A DNA stretch of 64,000 bases from Candidatus Dormibacteria bacterium (GCA_044450385.1 JBIOIZ010000002.1:15393-79392), one strand, 5' to 3'. Positions 10,021 to 19,451 are shown, counted from the stretch's first letter. Translations and numbers: made by a program. Notes: generated by a model not told the origin, from the letters alone.

Positions 10021-11220
10021 ATGCAATTGTTCGACACCGCTCGCCAGGAGGTGGTGCCCTTCGAGCCGCGGGGCGGACGGGTCGGCATCTACGTCTGCGG
10101 CATCACGCCATACGATTCGGCGCACCTTGGCCACGCCTTCGTCTACCACGTGTTCGACGTCCTGCATCGCCGGTTTCGTGCGGCAGGGCTTGCAGTGCGA
10201 AGCGTCCGCAACATCACCGACGTCGACGACGACATCCTGCGGGTCGCACGTGAGCGCGGCATGGACTTCCGAGAGCTCGCCAGCGAGCAGGTGCGGATGT
10301 TCGATCACGATATGGCTGAGATCGGCCTCCTCCCCGTCGACGCAGCGCCGCGCGCAACCGAACACGTGGAGGAGATGGTCGACTGGATCGCTCGGCTCGT
10401 CGACGGCGGCTATGCGTATGCCGTCGACGGCTGGGTCTTCTTCGAGTCCGGCGTCTATCCCGACTACGGGCGGCTCAGCCACCTCGACCACGCCACCATG
10501 GTTGCCCTGAGCCGAGAGCGCGGCGCCGATCCCGACGACCCGCGCAAACGCCATCCCCTTGACTTCGTTCTCTGGCAGTCGTCGGCCCCGTCCGAGCCGA
10601 GCTGGCCGAGCCCGTGGGGCCCGGGCCGCCCCGGCTGGCATATCGAGTGCACCGTGATGGCCACCGGCGCGCTGGGACACCCCATCGATATCCACGGCGG
10701 GGGCGATGATCTGATCTATCCGCACCACGAGTCGGAGATCGCCCAGGCCGAGGCAGCCGGGGTCGCGCCGTACGTGCGGCAGTGGACCCACGTGGCCATG
10801 GTCAACCTCGACGGCGTGAAGATGAGCAAGTCGCTCGGCAACCTCGTCTTTGTGCGCGACCTGGTCCGCCGCGTGCCGGGCCCCGCGGTGCGTCTGCTGC
10901 TCGCGGCGCATCACTACCGGCAGTCCTGGTCGTACGCGGACAGCGAGGTCGATGCCGCGGCAGCGCGCCACCGCCGGTATCTCGCCGCGATGCAGAGTGG
11001 CGGCGCACTCAGCCACGAGGAAGCGGATCAGCACGAGCGCCGCTTCTTCGAACGCCTCGACGACGACCTCGACACACCCGGGGCGCTCAACGAGCTCGAC
11101 GCCGTCGCAGACAAGCTCTCCCGCGCCGGCATCGCGGCTGCACCCGGTACGGAAGGTCAGCAGCTGCTCGGCAGGCTGCTGGGAGTCCTCGGCGCCGAGA
11201 CCGAAGCCGTTCCCGCCTGA
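10021..11220 (+). CDS. mshC: Cysteine ligase of the CysRS/MshC family, most like the mycothiol ligase MshC
   Basis: HIGH-type HLGH, KMSKS, and EPSWPSPWGPGRPGWHIEC. The short length (399 aa, no CysRS C-terminal domain) and the ERGADPDDP segment resemble the recalled MshC (ERGGDPRRP) rather than CysRS. Confidence 0.6.
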   Translation: MQLFDTARQEVVPFEPRGGRVGIYVCGITPYDSAHLGHAFVYHVFDVLHRRFRAAGLAVRSVRNITDVDDDILRVARERGMDFRELASEQVRMFDHDMAEIGLLPVDAAPRATEHVEEMVDWIARLVDGGYAYAVDGWVFFESGVYPDYGRLSHLDHATMVALSRERGADPDDPRKRHPLDFVLWQSSAPSEPSWPSPWGPGRPGWHIECTVMATGALGHPIDIHGGGDDLIYPHHESEIAQAEAAGVAPYVRQWTHVAMVNLDGVKMSKSLGNLVFVRDLVRRVPGPAVRLLLAAHHYRQSWSYADSEVDAAAARHRRYLAAMQSGGALSHEEADQHERRFFERLDDDLDTPGALNELDAVADKLSRAGIAAAPGTEGQQLLGRLLGVLGAETEAVPA

Positions 11221-11224
11221 GCGG

Positions 11225-11920
11225 TCAGCGGCCCCAGGGCGCGCGGTCGCCGCGAGCCCGGAAACGCAGCACCGCTGAAGAGATGTTCTCCTCGAGGAAC
11301 CGGTAGAAGAGCTGCCGCTGCGACACGTCGATCGCGGCCTCGACCTCCTGACCTTCGCGACGCCGCGCGATCCACGGTGGGACGCCGTCCGCGACCATCT
11401 CGGTACCGACGCGGACATGCACGAGCGAATCGTTGTCCTCGCTCACATGCACCGTGACCTTGAGGACGAGGCCCGTGTGTTCGACGATCCGCCAGCTCCG
11501 TTCCCAGCGAGCCTTGCGAGCCGGGTCATGAGCCAGACGGACGGATTCGTCGACGATGACGCTCTCGCCGCTCCGGGCTGCTCGGCCGAGGAGCCGCCGG
11601 ATGCTCTGATCGAGATCTCGAGCGATCCAGTTGACGAGCGACGGGGCGCGATCACTGAGGTCAGGAAACCCGTTCGGGTCCTTGGCCAGCTCGCCGATGG
11701 CCTGCACGGTGCCGGCATGACGGCGGCAGTAGGTGATGCCCGAGAAGGCCACGCTGTGTACGGGGCAGAACGACGCCGGACACTTCCGCCCGCGCCGGTC
11801 GCGGTACGCGCAGAGCTGGGCGTTGCTGTTGGTGCATCCGCGCAGGTCGCAGGGTCGCGCCGTGGACACGGAAACGCCGTTGCCGGTGTTGTGCGGGCTG
11901 GGTTGGTACAGGGTGGTCAT
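11225..11920 (-). CDS. Hypothetical protein with a Cys/His-rich N-terminal domain
   Basis: 231-aa ORF with good GC3 bias, 23 bp downstream of the DAHP synthase gene. Contains [32 protein letters not shown]...CRRH. No family recognised. Confidence 0.6.
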   Translation of the reverse strand: MTTLYQPSPHNTGNGVSVSTARPCDLRGCTNSNAQLCAYRDRRGRKCPASFCPVHSVAFSGITYCRRHAGTVQAIGELAKDPNGFPDLSDRAPSLVNWIARDLDQSIRRLLGRAARSGESVIVDESVRLAHDPARKARWERSWRIVEHTGLVLKVTVHVSEDNDSLVHVRVGTEMVADGVPPWIARRREGQEVEAAIDVSQRQLFYRFLEENISSAVLRFRARGDRAPWGR

Positions 11921-11943
11921 CGGCGGAACTCCACGCGACGATC

Positions 11944-12996
11944 CTACCCCCCGCTTGCCGCTCTCACAGGTGACGGAGCTGTTGCGACCTGTCGATCCAG
12001 TGCGACGGCCAGGCGGCGAATCGATCCCATCAGCTCCGCGAACGCCGCGGGCGTCAGCGATTGCGCGCCATCGCTCAGCGCCCTCTCGGGATCGGGATGG
12101 ACCTCGATCATCAGGCCGTCGGCGCCTGCGGCGAACGCCGCACGCGCCATCGGGGGGACGAGAGGGCGGTGGCCGGTGGCGTGGGAAGGATCGACGATCA
12201 CGGGCAGGTGCGAGAGCGACTTCACCACCGGCACGGCGCTCAGGTCAAGCGTGTTCCGCGTCGCCGCCTCGAACGTGCGGATGCCGCGCTCGCAGAGCAC
12301 CACGTTTGCGTTGCCGTGGGCGACCACATACTCGGCGGCGAGCAGCCATTCCTCGATGGTGTTGCTCAGTCCTCGCTTGAGCAGGACCGGCCGGCGTGCG
12401 CCTCCCACAGCCTCGAGCAATGCGAAGTTCTGCGCGTTCCGCGTCCCGACCTGGAGCATGTCCGCATATTCGGAAACGAGGTCGACGTCCGCCGGCGTCA
12501 GCACCTCGGTCACCACCGGCAGCCCCGTCGCCTCACGAGCGTCGGCGAGATGGCGCAGGCCGTCGAGCCCGAGGCCTCGGAATGAGTACGGGGACGACCG
12601 CGGCTTGAATGCGCCACCGCGGAACATCGTCGCGCCGGCCTCGGCGACGGCGCGCGCCGTCGCGAGCACCTGATCGCGGTTCTCGACAGCACATGGACCC
12701 GCGATGACAACGAGTGACCCGTCGCCAAAACGTACGCCGGAGACATCGACCACGGTCGGGTCCGGGTGCCACTCCCGGGTCACCTGCTTGTAGGGCTTGC
12801 TCACCGGGATCGCGTCGACGACACCGGGGAGATCGCAGATGGCGTCTCGTATCGATCCTGGATTGCTGCCGAGAACGCCGATGGCGAGGCGATCGGCCCC
12901 GGGCAGCTCGATGGGCTCGAAGCCACGTTCACGCACGTGCTTGATGACGTTGGCAACCTGCTCGGGCGTTGCCTGCACGTTCATGACGACCAGCAT
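11944..12996 (-). CDS. aroF: 3-deoxy-7-phosphoheptulonate (DAHP) synthase, type I-beta with an N-terminal ACT/ferredoxin-like regulatory domain
   Basis: [13 protein letters not shown] and DPSHATG motifs. The roughly 70-aa N-terminal extension ([14 protein letters not shown]...) resembles the Thermotoga-type regulated enzyme. Confidence 0.85.
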   Translation of the reverse strand: MLVVMNVQATPEQVANVIKHVRERGFEPIELPGADRLAIGVLGSNPGSIRDAICDLPGVVDAIPVSKPYKQVTREWHPDPTVVDVSGVRFGDGSLVVIAGPCAVENRDQVLATARAVAEAGATMFRGGAFKPRSSPYSFRGLGLDGLRHLADAREATGLPVVTEVLTPADVDLVSEYADMLQVGTRNAQNFALLEAVGGARRPVLLKRGLSNTIEEWLLAAEYVVAHGNANVVLCERGIRTFEAATRNTLDLSAVPVVKSLSHLPVIVDPSHATGHRPLVPPMARAAFAAGADGLMIEVHPDPERALSDGAQSLTPAAFAELMGSIRRLAVALDRQVATAPSPVRAASGG

Positions 12997-13021
12997 CGCC
13001 TGATCCTACGAGAACGAAGGC

Positions 13022-13621
13022 TCACCCCCACGTCCAGCCGTTCAGGATTTCCTGCAGGCCCGCGCCGTCCTGGCTGAACGTGGCCTGGGGCGCGGTGAGA
13101 GCAATCTCGTAGGTGTTGCCCGCCTGGTTCACCACCATGTCCTCGTGCTCCTGCGCCACGCCGCCGGGAGTTCCGCCCGCCGGGATTCCGCTGACAAAGG
13201 TCACCAGCACGCCGGAAACACCGGCGATGTCGACGGGTTCCGGCTGGCTCACACTCGTCGATCCGGGTGGGATCACGCTGGTCAGGTACTGCGACAACTG
13301 ATCGTCGGCAACCGGCGTCGGCGCCGTCCTGGCAACCACGACGCCATGGTCCGGTGCGGTGAGGATCATGAGGAGAGTGCCGCCGCCGCTCGATGCGGCG
13401 ACGGCGCTCTGATTCATGGTCTCGTCCTGCCATCCCAAAGGGATGTTGGTGCGAAATCCCGCTCCGGAAAACGGAGTCGGCGCCACCGTGGGGGTCGATC
13501 CCGTCGATGTGCTCGAGCTGGGGGTCACCGTCGCCGTGGTCCCACCGCATGCGCTCAGCAGCAGGATCGCAGCGAACGCGCCCGCCGTGAGGGCGTGCGT
13601 GGAGGGGGAGGGCACAGTCAC
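13022..13621 (-). CDS. Hypothetical lipoprotein
   Basis: Signal peptide with lipobox LLSACGG. Start placed at GTG 13621 (GGAG upstream); 13615 and 13690 are alternatives. Confidence 0.6.
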   Translation of the reverse strand: MTVPSPSTHALTAGAFAAILLLSACGGTTATVTPSSSTSTGSTPTVAPTPFSGAGFRTNIPLGWQDETMNQSAVAASSGGGTLLMILTAPDHGVVVARTAPTPVADDQLSQYLTSVIPPGSTSVSQPEPVDIAGVSGVLVTFVSGIPAGGTPGGVAQEHEDMVVNQAGNTYEIALTAPQATFSQDGAGLQEILNGWTWG

Positions 13622-13683
13622 GTCTCCGAGGATAGCCGAGCGATCCCGCCTGAGCAGGTGTCGATGCGAGGAGAATCCCACGC

Positions 13684-14508
13684 ATGGCAACGAGCTCAGC
13701 CCTCCGCGTCACGCGGCTCGGACCGGCACACGCGCACCAGCTCGCCGCGCTCATCGACCGCGAGCCGGTGACCAACGTCTACCTGCGCAGCGAGCTCCGG
13801 CTTGGTTTCGAGGCGGGCGACTGGTGGGGCGCATTCGACGACGACGCGCTCACGTCGGTGGTGCTCGGCTGGTCATTGGTTGTGCCGTACATCCCGGATC
13901 CCGGCGCCGCACCGGCGCTCGCGCAGGCGCTCACCACCAGCGCGCAGCCACGCATGGTCGTGGGCCACAGATCGTCCGTCATGGCTCTGCACAAGGCGTT
14001 TCGACCGCCGCGCCCCGCGCGCGAACTGCGCGATCCGCAACCGCTCATGGTCCTCGATCGCGGCGATCTCAGCGGCACGCCCTCCGACGAGGTGCGGCTC
14101 TCCACACCGAGCGACCTCGAGGCGCTCATCGTCGCAGCGGCGCGGATGCACCGTGAGGAGATGGGCATCGACCCGCTCGTGGTCGATGCGCCGGCGTGGC
14201 GAATGCGCATGCTCAGCCTCATTGAGCGACGCTGGAGCTGGATCTGGACGCGCGACCACGAGGTGCTGTTCAAAGCCGAGCTGTCGGCGTGGACGCCCGA
14301 TGTGGTGCAGATTCAGGGCGTGTACACCGCACCGAAGTATCGCGGCCAGGGAGTCGCACGTGCCGGCCTTGCCGCGGTCTGCGCGCACGTCTTCGAGGAC
14401 GTACCTCGCTGCAGCCTCTACGTGAATGAGTACAACGTGATCGCGCAACGCGTGTACCAGCGGCTGGGATTCAAATCCGCGGACGTGTTCGCCACAGTGA
14501 TGTACTAG
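13684..14508 (+). CDS. GNAT family acetyltransferase (DUF4081-type N-terminal domain)
   Basis: C-terminal GNAT core YRGQGVARAGLAAV...YQRLGF. The N-terminal LRVTRLGP...VTNVYLRSEL pattern is recalled from actinobacterial DUF4081 proteins. Confidence 0.7.
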   Translation: MATSSALRVTRLGPAHAHQLAALIDREPVTNVYLRSELRLGFEAGDWWGAFDDDALTSVVLGWSLVVPYIPDPGAAPALAQALTTSAQPRMVVGHRSSVMALHKAFRPPRPARELRDPQPLMVLDRGDLSGTPSDEVRLSTPSDLEALIVAAARMHREEMGIDPLVVDAPAWRMRMLSLIERRWSWIWTRDHEVLFKAELSAWTPDVVQIQGVYTAPKYRGQGVARAGLAAVCAHVFEDVPRCSLYVNEYNVIAQRVYQRLGFKSADVFATVMY

Positions 14509-14522
14509 GCAGTAGAGCTTCC

Positions 14523-14984
14523 ATGATCGAGACACACGCTGACGTCACCTTGCCCGTCACCCCCGAAGAGGCCTTCGCGGTCGTGGCTGACATCGAGCAC
14601 GCTGACTGGCTCCCCGCCGTCCGCCGGCTTCGACACATCGGCGGCCCGTCCGGCGGCGTTGGTGCCCGGTACGAGGTCGAGGCGGGGCTCGTCGGCCGCC
14701 ACCTGCGCGGGGTGCTGGTGTGCACGGAGCTGACGCCGCCGAAAGAAATGGTGCTGAACCTCGAGGAGGGTTTGGATTTGACCCTCGAGGTCACCATCCG
14801 CAAGGTGACAGGCGGTTGCTCGGTTGTGATGGCGGCGCGATACTCGGTGAGCGGCCGACCATTTGCGGGCGCGGTTGAGCTCGCCTCCCAGGGTGCCGCG
14901 CGACGCGAGACCGCCCGTGCCTGCGAGCAGCTGGCAGCGCGGTTCGGACGCAAGAGCGGCAACGTCGGGAGCGTCGCACGGTGA
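14523..14984 (+). CDS. SRPBCC (START/polyketide-cyclase-like) family protein
   Basis: 153 aa. Typical N-terminus IETHADVTLPVTPEEAFAVVADIEH. Confidence 0.65.
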   Translation: MIETHADVTLPVTPEEAFAVVADIEHADWLPAVRRLRHIGGPSGGVGARYEVEAGLVGRHLRGVLVCTELTPPKEMVLNLEEGLDLTLEVTIRKVTGGCSVVMAARYSVSGRPFAGAVELASQGAARRETARACEQLAARFGRKSGNVGSVAR

Positions 14985-14988
14985 TCGG

Positions 14989-15564
14989 ATGACCAGGAGC
15001 GAGCTGACCGACCGCGAGATCCTGGACGCCAAGGTGCGCACGCTGCCGCCTCTGACCGAGACCGCCACAGCGGCGCTCCTCGCCGAGGTCCGCACCAAGG
15101 GTCGTGGCCCGGCGCTCGATGAGCTGGTCGAGCACCAGCTCGCAGCAATCATCGAGCTCGCCGAGGCCCGGCGTGGCAAGGGCGTCGAGGTCGGCGACCT
15201 GACCCAGGAGGGGACGATTGCCGGCGTGGTCGCGGTCATGGAGTACGCGGGTCAGGGTGGCCCGGCCTCCGGGCTGGAGCGGTTCGTCAGCCGGTTGGTC
15301 GCTTCCCATATGGACGACACGGTCGAGCTCGCCGCGATCGAGCGGGCGAGTGACGAGGCGTTCGTCCGCGACACCGAGATCTACGAGACCGCGGAGGTCC
15401 GCGCTCGTCACGAACTCGGCCGCACCCCGACGGTGCTCGAGCTCGCCGCGGAGCTGGGTTGGCCCGAAGAGCGCGTGGCCATCGTCGGCACGATCCTCAA
15501 CGAGGCGAGAGCCCGCTACGACAGCGAGATCGTCGAATACCTGGACGACGTCGAGGAAGAGTAG
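14989..15564 (+). CDS. Sigma-70-like protein lacking region 4 and the region 2.3/2.4 aromatic residues
   Basis: Trimmed to ATG 14989. GDLTQEGTIAGVVAVMEY aligns with sigma70 LDLIQEGNIGLMKAVDKF, and HELGRTPTVLELAAELGWPEERV aligns with QEMGREPTPEELAERMLMPEDKI. The protein ends soon after with an acidic tail. Confidence 0.55.
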   Translation: MTRSELTDREILDAKVRTLPPLTETATAALLAEVRTKGRGPALDELVEHQLAAIIELAEARRGKGVEVGDLTQEGTIAGVVAVMEYAGQGGPASGLERFVSRLVASHMDDTVELAAIERASDEAFVRDTEIYETAEVRARHELGRTPTVLELAAELGWPEERVAIVGTILNEARARYDSEIVEYLDDVEEE

Positions 15565-15611
15565 GCGCCGGTGGCGTCAGTGCGTGCCCTGGGCATCGAC
15601 CGCACTCTGAC

Positions 15612-16820
15612 TCAACGGCGGAGGTCGTCGCCGCGCCAGTCCAGGTCGTGCAGGCCTTCGCCGGCGCCGCGACGGATTGCGCCCTGTCCGAAACGTTCGC
15701 GCAGCCGGTCGAGCGTGTGATCAATGCGGTCGTTCGCGGGCCGGTCGAAGAGGTCCAGCTGGGGCGCCTCGGCGAGCCCACTCACACCGACGCCGAGCAG
15801 GCGGACTGCGTCGCCGGACCACGCGGCGTCGAGCAGGCTGAGCGCCGCGTCGCGGACGGTCGTATCGGTCGACGTCGATGACGCCAGGGTCTCCTGCCGC
15901 GTGATCGTCGTGAAGTCCGAGTAGCGAAGCTTCAGCGTCACCGTTCGCGCTGTCCAGCCGCCCGTCCGGAGGCGCGCGCCGACGTCGCCGGCGAGCTCGG
16001 CGACGCGCATGTGCAGCGCATCAAGCTGCGCGACGTCACGCGCGAATGTCTCTTCGCGAGACACGCTCCGTGGAGCCCCGGGGACGCTGACCGGCGCGGA
16101 GTCGATTCCCTGTGCGCGTTCCCACAGTGATCCACCGGACGCGCGCCCGACTCGGCGCTGCACGGTGTCTGCCGGAAGCGCCGCCAGCTGCCCGAGCGTG
16201 GAGATTCCCAAGGCGCTCAACGCTCGTTCGGCGGCGGGACCCAGGCCCGGCAATCGCCGGAGCGGCAACGGCGCCAGAAAGGCAGCCTCGTCACCGGGTT
16301 CCACGACCACGAACCCGCGTGGCTTGCGAAGGTCGGAAGCAACCTTGGCGACGGTCTTGCAGGTCGCCACCCCGAAGGAGGCGTGGAGCCCGCTGGTCGC
16401 CAGTATCCGGTCGCGGATCTCGGCAGCAATATGCTCCGCGGTGCCGAAGCGGCGGGTCGAACCGGTGACGTCGAGGAATGCCTCGTCGAGGGAGAGCGGC
16501 TCGATCACCGGTGTGTAGTCCCGAGCGATGTCGAACACGGTTTTGGAAGCGTCGCGGTAGGCGCGAAAGTCGACCGGTACCACGACCGCCCGGGGGCACA
16601 TCCGGAGCGCCGTGCGAAGCGGCATCGCCGAGTGGACTCCGAAAACCCGCGCTTCATATGAAGCGGCACTGACCACTCCTCGATTCAGCTGTGCGGTCCC
16701 ATCACCGGATGGCGCTCCGCCGACGATGACGGGGAGCCCTTGCAACTCCGGCCGGCGCAGCTGCTCGACGGATGCGTAGAACGCGTCCAGGTCGAGATGG
16801 ATGATCGCGCGGTGCGTCAT
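15612..16820 (-). CDS. dinB: DNA polymerase IV
   Basis: IIHLDLDAFYASVEQ and Y-family palm/little-finger sequence throughout. ATG 16820 is preferred over GTG 16835. Confidence 0.9.
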   Translation of the reverse strand: MTHRAIIHLDLDAFYASVEQLRRPELQGLPVIVGGAPSGDGTAQLNRGVVSAASYEARVFGVHSAMPLRTALRMCPRAVVVPVDFRAYRDASKTVFDIARDYTPVIEPLSLDEAFLDVTGSTRRFGTAEHIAAEIRDRILATSGLHASFGVATCKTVAKVASDLRKPRGFVVVEPGDEAAFLAPLPLRRLPGLGPAAERALSALGISTLGQLAALPADTVQRRVGRASGGSLWERAQGIDSAPVSVPGAPRSVSREETFARDVAQLDALHMRVAELAGDVGARLRTGGWTARTVTLKLRYSDFTTITRQETLASSTSTDTTVRDAALSLLDAAWSGDAVRLLGVGVSGLAEAPQLDLFDRPANDRIDHTLDRLRERFGQGAIRRGAGEGLHDLDWRGDDLRR

Positions 16821-16844
16821 GACCGCACGCCACACAGCCCCACG

Positions 16845-17096
16845 TCAGGTGCCGGTGTGCTGCCTCCACTCATCGATGTCCGCCTCACGCACGTAGCCTG
16901 CGCGAATCATCAGCTCCATGTACGGAACGGCCAGATGCGGTGCAGCTCGACGCAGCACCCACGGCGGGGGATTGTCCTTGTTCTTGTTGACGCTCTGGTA
17001 GAAGTAAATCTGATTCAGATCGCACAGAAGGGCAAGCCGATGTAAGGAAATCCCCCTCTCCGCGCACCGTTCTTTGACGTACTCCTTGAACTCCAC
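16845..17096 (-). CDS. Small XRE-type helix-turn-helix protein
   Basis: 83 aa with a GTG start. HTH segment GISLHRLALLCDLNQIYFYQSV. The 5' half of the gene is visibly AT-richer than its neighbours. Ends 24 bp upstream of dinB. Confidence 0.6.
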   Translation of the reverse strand: MEFKEYVKERCAERGISLHRLALLCDLNQIYFYQSVNKNKDNPPPWVLRRAAPHLAVPYMELMIRAGYVREADIDEWRQHTGT

Positions 17097-17098
17097 GC

Positions 17099-17860
17099 TC
17101 AGTCCAAGTATATGCCCATGTTCCGAAGCGCACCCGGCAATTCGCGAAGCGCTGCAATCACCGCATCGGCAACGCCGGATCCGCGTTCACCGTTCCTGCG
17201 CAGCAGCACGGCGCGCATGCCGGTTGCGTGTGCGCCCGCGATGTCGGCGGACTCACTGTCGCCGACCATGACGGTATTGCCCGCGTGCGTCCCGAGGGCC
17301 ACCATCGCCGCCTCGAAGATGCGGGGCGAGGGCTTGCGCCACCCGACCTCCGCGGAGAAGGTGATCGAGTCGAGGTGGCCGGCGAGCCCGACAAAGCCAA
17401 GTTGTGCATGCAGCGACGCAACCCGGTAGGGTGCGTTCGAACAGAGGCCGACGCGAATTCCCCGGCTGCGCAGGACTTCGAGGAGTGGAATCGCCTCATG
17501 GTCGAGGCGCGCGCCGTGCCACCAGGCCTCCTGTTCGATCCGCAGCAGCTCGTCGAGGAGGGCGCCGCCGATGCTGACGCCCGCCGCCGTGTAGGCGCGG
17601 AGCGATGAGTCCGCAGGGTCCATCTCCTCGAGGGCGCCGCCGCGTTGATACTCGGCGACCTCCTTCTCCACACGGTCGAGAACTCCTCGGAGCGCGGTCG
17701 GTGACGGGGCTTCCTGGCCCGATGCCGCCAGCACGTCGAGGATCCGGCGCTCCGCCTCGGCGAGCGCAGCATCGGGACGTGAGAATTCGACCAGGGTTTC
17801 GCCATAGTCGAAGAGAATCCCGCCCAACGGGCGTCGTGGCACTTCCGCGGCGCGGGTCAC
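17099..17860 (-). CDS. HAD-superfamily hydrolase
   Basis: Motif I ILFDYGETLV and C-terminal VMVGDSESAD. GTGA overlap with the upstream ORF. Confidence 0.8.
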   Translation of the reverse strand: MTRAAEVPRRPLGGILFDYGETLVEFSRPDAALAEAERRILDVLAASGQEAPSPTALRGVLDRVEKEVAEYQRGGALEEMDPADSSLRAYTAAGVSIGGALLDELLRIEQEAWWHGARLDHEAIPLLEVLRSRGIRVGLCSNAPYRVASLHAQLGFVGLAGHLDSITFSAEVGWRKPSPRIFEAAMVALGTHAGNTVMVGDSESADIAGAHATGMRAVLLRRNGERGSGVADAVIAALRELPGALRNMGIYLD

Positions 17861-18276
17861 CCGGGAGCGACACCTCCGGCACCACCACCGTCACCGCCAC
17901 CGCCACGCCCGCCCCTGCCGCGGCGCTTGCGACCCCCCTGCCAGCGCCGCTTGGGGCGTTTGCCGGTGCTCCGCGGCGCAGGCGACAGTTTCTCCAGGTA
18001 TGCCTCGCCAGGGCTTGGCTCCTTGGGCCGACCGGCACGGGCACCCGGTGCTGAGGCAACCCGAGCCTCGTATTCGGCGAGCAGTGCCTCGAGCGGTCGT
18101 TTGTCACTCGCCGGCGGCGCAGCCGTTTCCGCCCATGGCTGAGACTTGGGACTCGCCTCGGCGGCGAGCATGTCGCCGCCCGGAATCTCGGGGACGGCAT
18201 CGAGCACCGATTCAATGGCCCTGGCGATGAGACGGTCGGCCTCGAGGGGGTCGCGAAGCGGTCGATCAGCCGTCAT
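17857..18276 (-). CDS. Hypothetical protein with an Arg/Gly-rich C-terminal tail
   Basis: Trimmed to ATG 18276, overlapping the nudF stop by 11 nt. C-terminus KRPKRRWQGGRKRRGRGGRGGGGDGGGAGG. Low-complexity sequence, so the coding status is less certain. Confidence 0.45.
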   Translation of the reverse strand: MTADRPLRDPLEADRLIARAIESVLDAVPEIPGGDMLAAEASPKSQPWAETAAPPASDKRPLEALLAEYEARVASAPGARAGRPKEPSPGEAYLEKLSPAPRSTGKRPKRRWQGGRKRRGRGGRGGGGDGGGAGGVAPG

Positions 18277-18913
18277 TGGGGTTGGTGCTCCAGCCGGCGA
18301 GCCCCAGGCCCGCGATTGTCTTGACGTCCACCTCGCCACGGCGGACAAGCTCGTCGACGCCTGCGCGATCGAATCGCTGGACGTCCATCCGTTCATCGGC
18401 ATCACGATTCGTCGGCCCGTCAGTCAGGTCGACGGCCACAAAGAAGTGCATCACCTCTGTGGAGTAGCCCGGAGTCAATGGGGCCGAGGCCAGAGGCGTG
18501 ATCTGCGCAGTGCGCAGCCCGGTCTCCTCGGCGAGCTCGCGCTCGGCGGTTCGAGCCGGCGCCTCGCCGGCATCGCGCGTGCCCGCCGGCAGCTCCCACA
18601 GCGCGCGCCCGATGGCGTGGCGCCACTGGCGCACCAGGACCACCTTCTCATCGTCATCGATTGCCACGATCGCGACCGCGCCGGGGTGAGCCACCACCTC
18701 GCGTTGCGCCATCGTGCCGTCCGCGAGCCGGACATCGTCCTCGTAGAAGGTCAGCAGTCGCCCCGGGTGGATGATCCTCCGGGATACCGGCGTCTCCCGA
18801 AGGTGTTCCGTGGCCTCGAGGTCCTCGGGGCCGGCATCAGTGCCAGTGCTCACCCGCTGAGTTTGAGCCCCTAGCAGCGATTCAGGCGCAGGACCACTCG
18901 TGGGACTGGCCAT
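18266..18913 (-). CDS. NUDIX hydrolase (ADP-ribose pyrophosphatase-like)
   Basis: Nudix box ELPAGTRDAGEAPARTAERELAEETGL. Start at ATG 18913 or TTG 18919. Confidence 0.8.
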   Translation of the reverse strand: MASPTSGPAPESLLGAQTQRVSTGTDAGPEDLEATEHLRETPVSRRIIHPGRLLTFYEDDVRLADGTMAQREVVAHPGAVAIVAIDDDEKVVLVRQWRHAIGRALWELPAGTRDAGEAPARTAERELAEETGLRTAQITPLASAPLTPGYSTEVMHFFVAVDLTDGPTNRDADERMDVQRFDRAGVDELVRRGEVDVKTIAGLGLAGWSTNPNDG

Positions 18914-19451
18914 GAGCAAACATCTTCGCCGCGATGTTCGCCTGGGCCACGGGATCCCAGATCGAGGCAGCGGTTCCGCCGTTGGCGATGAAGGTCGACA
19001 TCAGGAACTGAAAGACCCCGATATAGGGGCCGCTCGGGTTGACCGAATTCCAGTGAAAGTGCGATTCGCAGTTTGCGGTTTGCAGCATCCATGCGACGTT
19101 CACGCCCCAGTGCTGAGCGGCGGCGGTGATGTCGGCAACCACCTGCGCCTGGCTGACCGACAGGCCACTCGGGATCACGAAACCCGGGTGCGAGACGCGG
19201 GGGCGTCGCGGCGCCACGCGCTTCGGCGCCGGCAGCGCGACGCTGACGAGCATCGCCGAGCGAACCCGAAGCATCATCGGATGCGTCGTCACGTTGGTGA
19301 GGCGGTCGATTTCCCCGATCGACGATCGAACGAGGGATGCAGACGCAACGGGCGTCTGCGCCGGCGCGGTGATGAGCACAGCGGTCGCTGGCCCGCCCAC
19401 CAACATGAGGCACCCGAGGACCAGTCCACGTGCCCGTTTGGGTAAATGCAA
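18882..19451 (-). CDS. Secreted transglycosylase-like (Rpf-type) domain protein
   Basis: Signal peptide. C-terminal domain NCESHFHWNSVNPSGPYIGVFQF...GG...W.C matches the recalled Rpf / transglycosylase-like pattern CES..W..N.G.Y.G..QF. TTG start with AGGAG upstream. Confidence 0.7.
   Translation of the reverse strand: MHLPKRARGLVLGCLMLVGGPATAVLITAPAQTPVASASLVRSSIGEIDRLTNVTTHPMMLRVRSAMLVSVALPAPKRVAPRRPRVSHPGFVIPSGLSVSQAQVVADITAAAQHWGVNVAWMLQTANCESHFHWNSVNPSGPYIGVFQFLMSTFIANGGTAASIWDPVAQANIAAKMFAHGQSHEWSCA

Noticed and set aside
16820-17110. LexA/SOS (Cheo-type GAAC-N4-GTTC) box upstream of dinB or the HTH gene
   Set aside because: No match was found by eye. GGAACATGGGCATATAC near 17110 has only one half-site.
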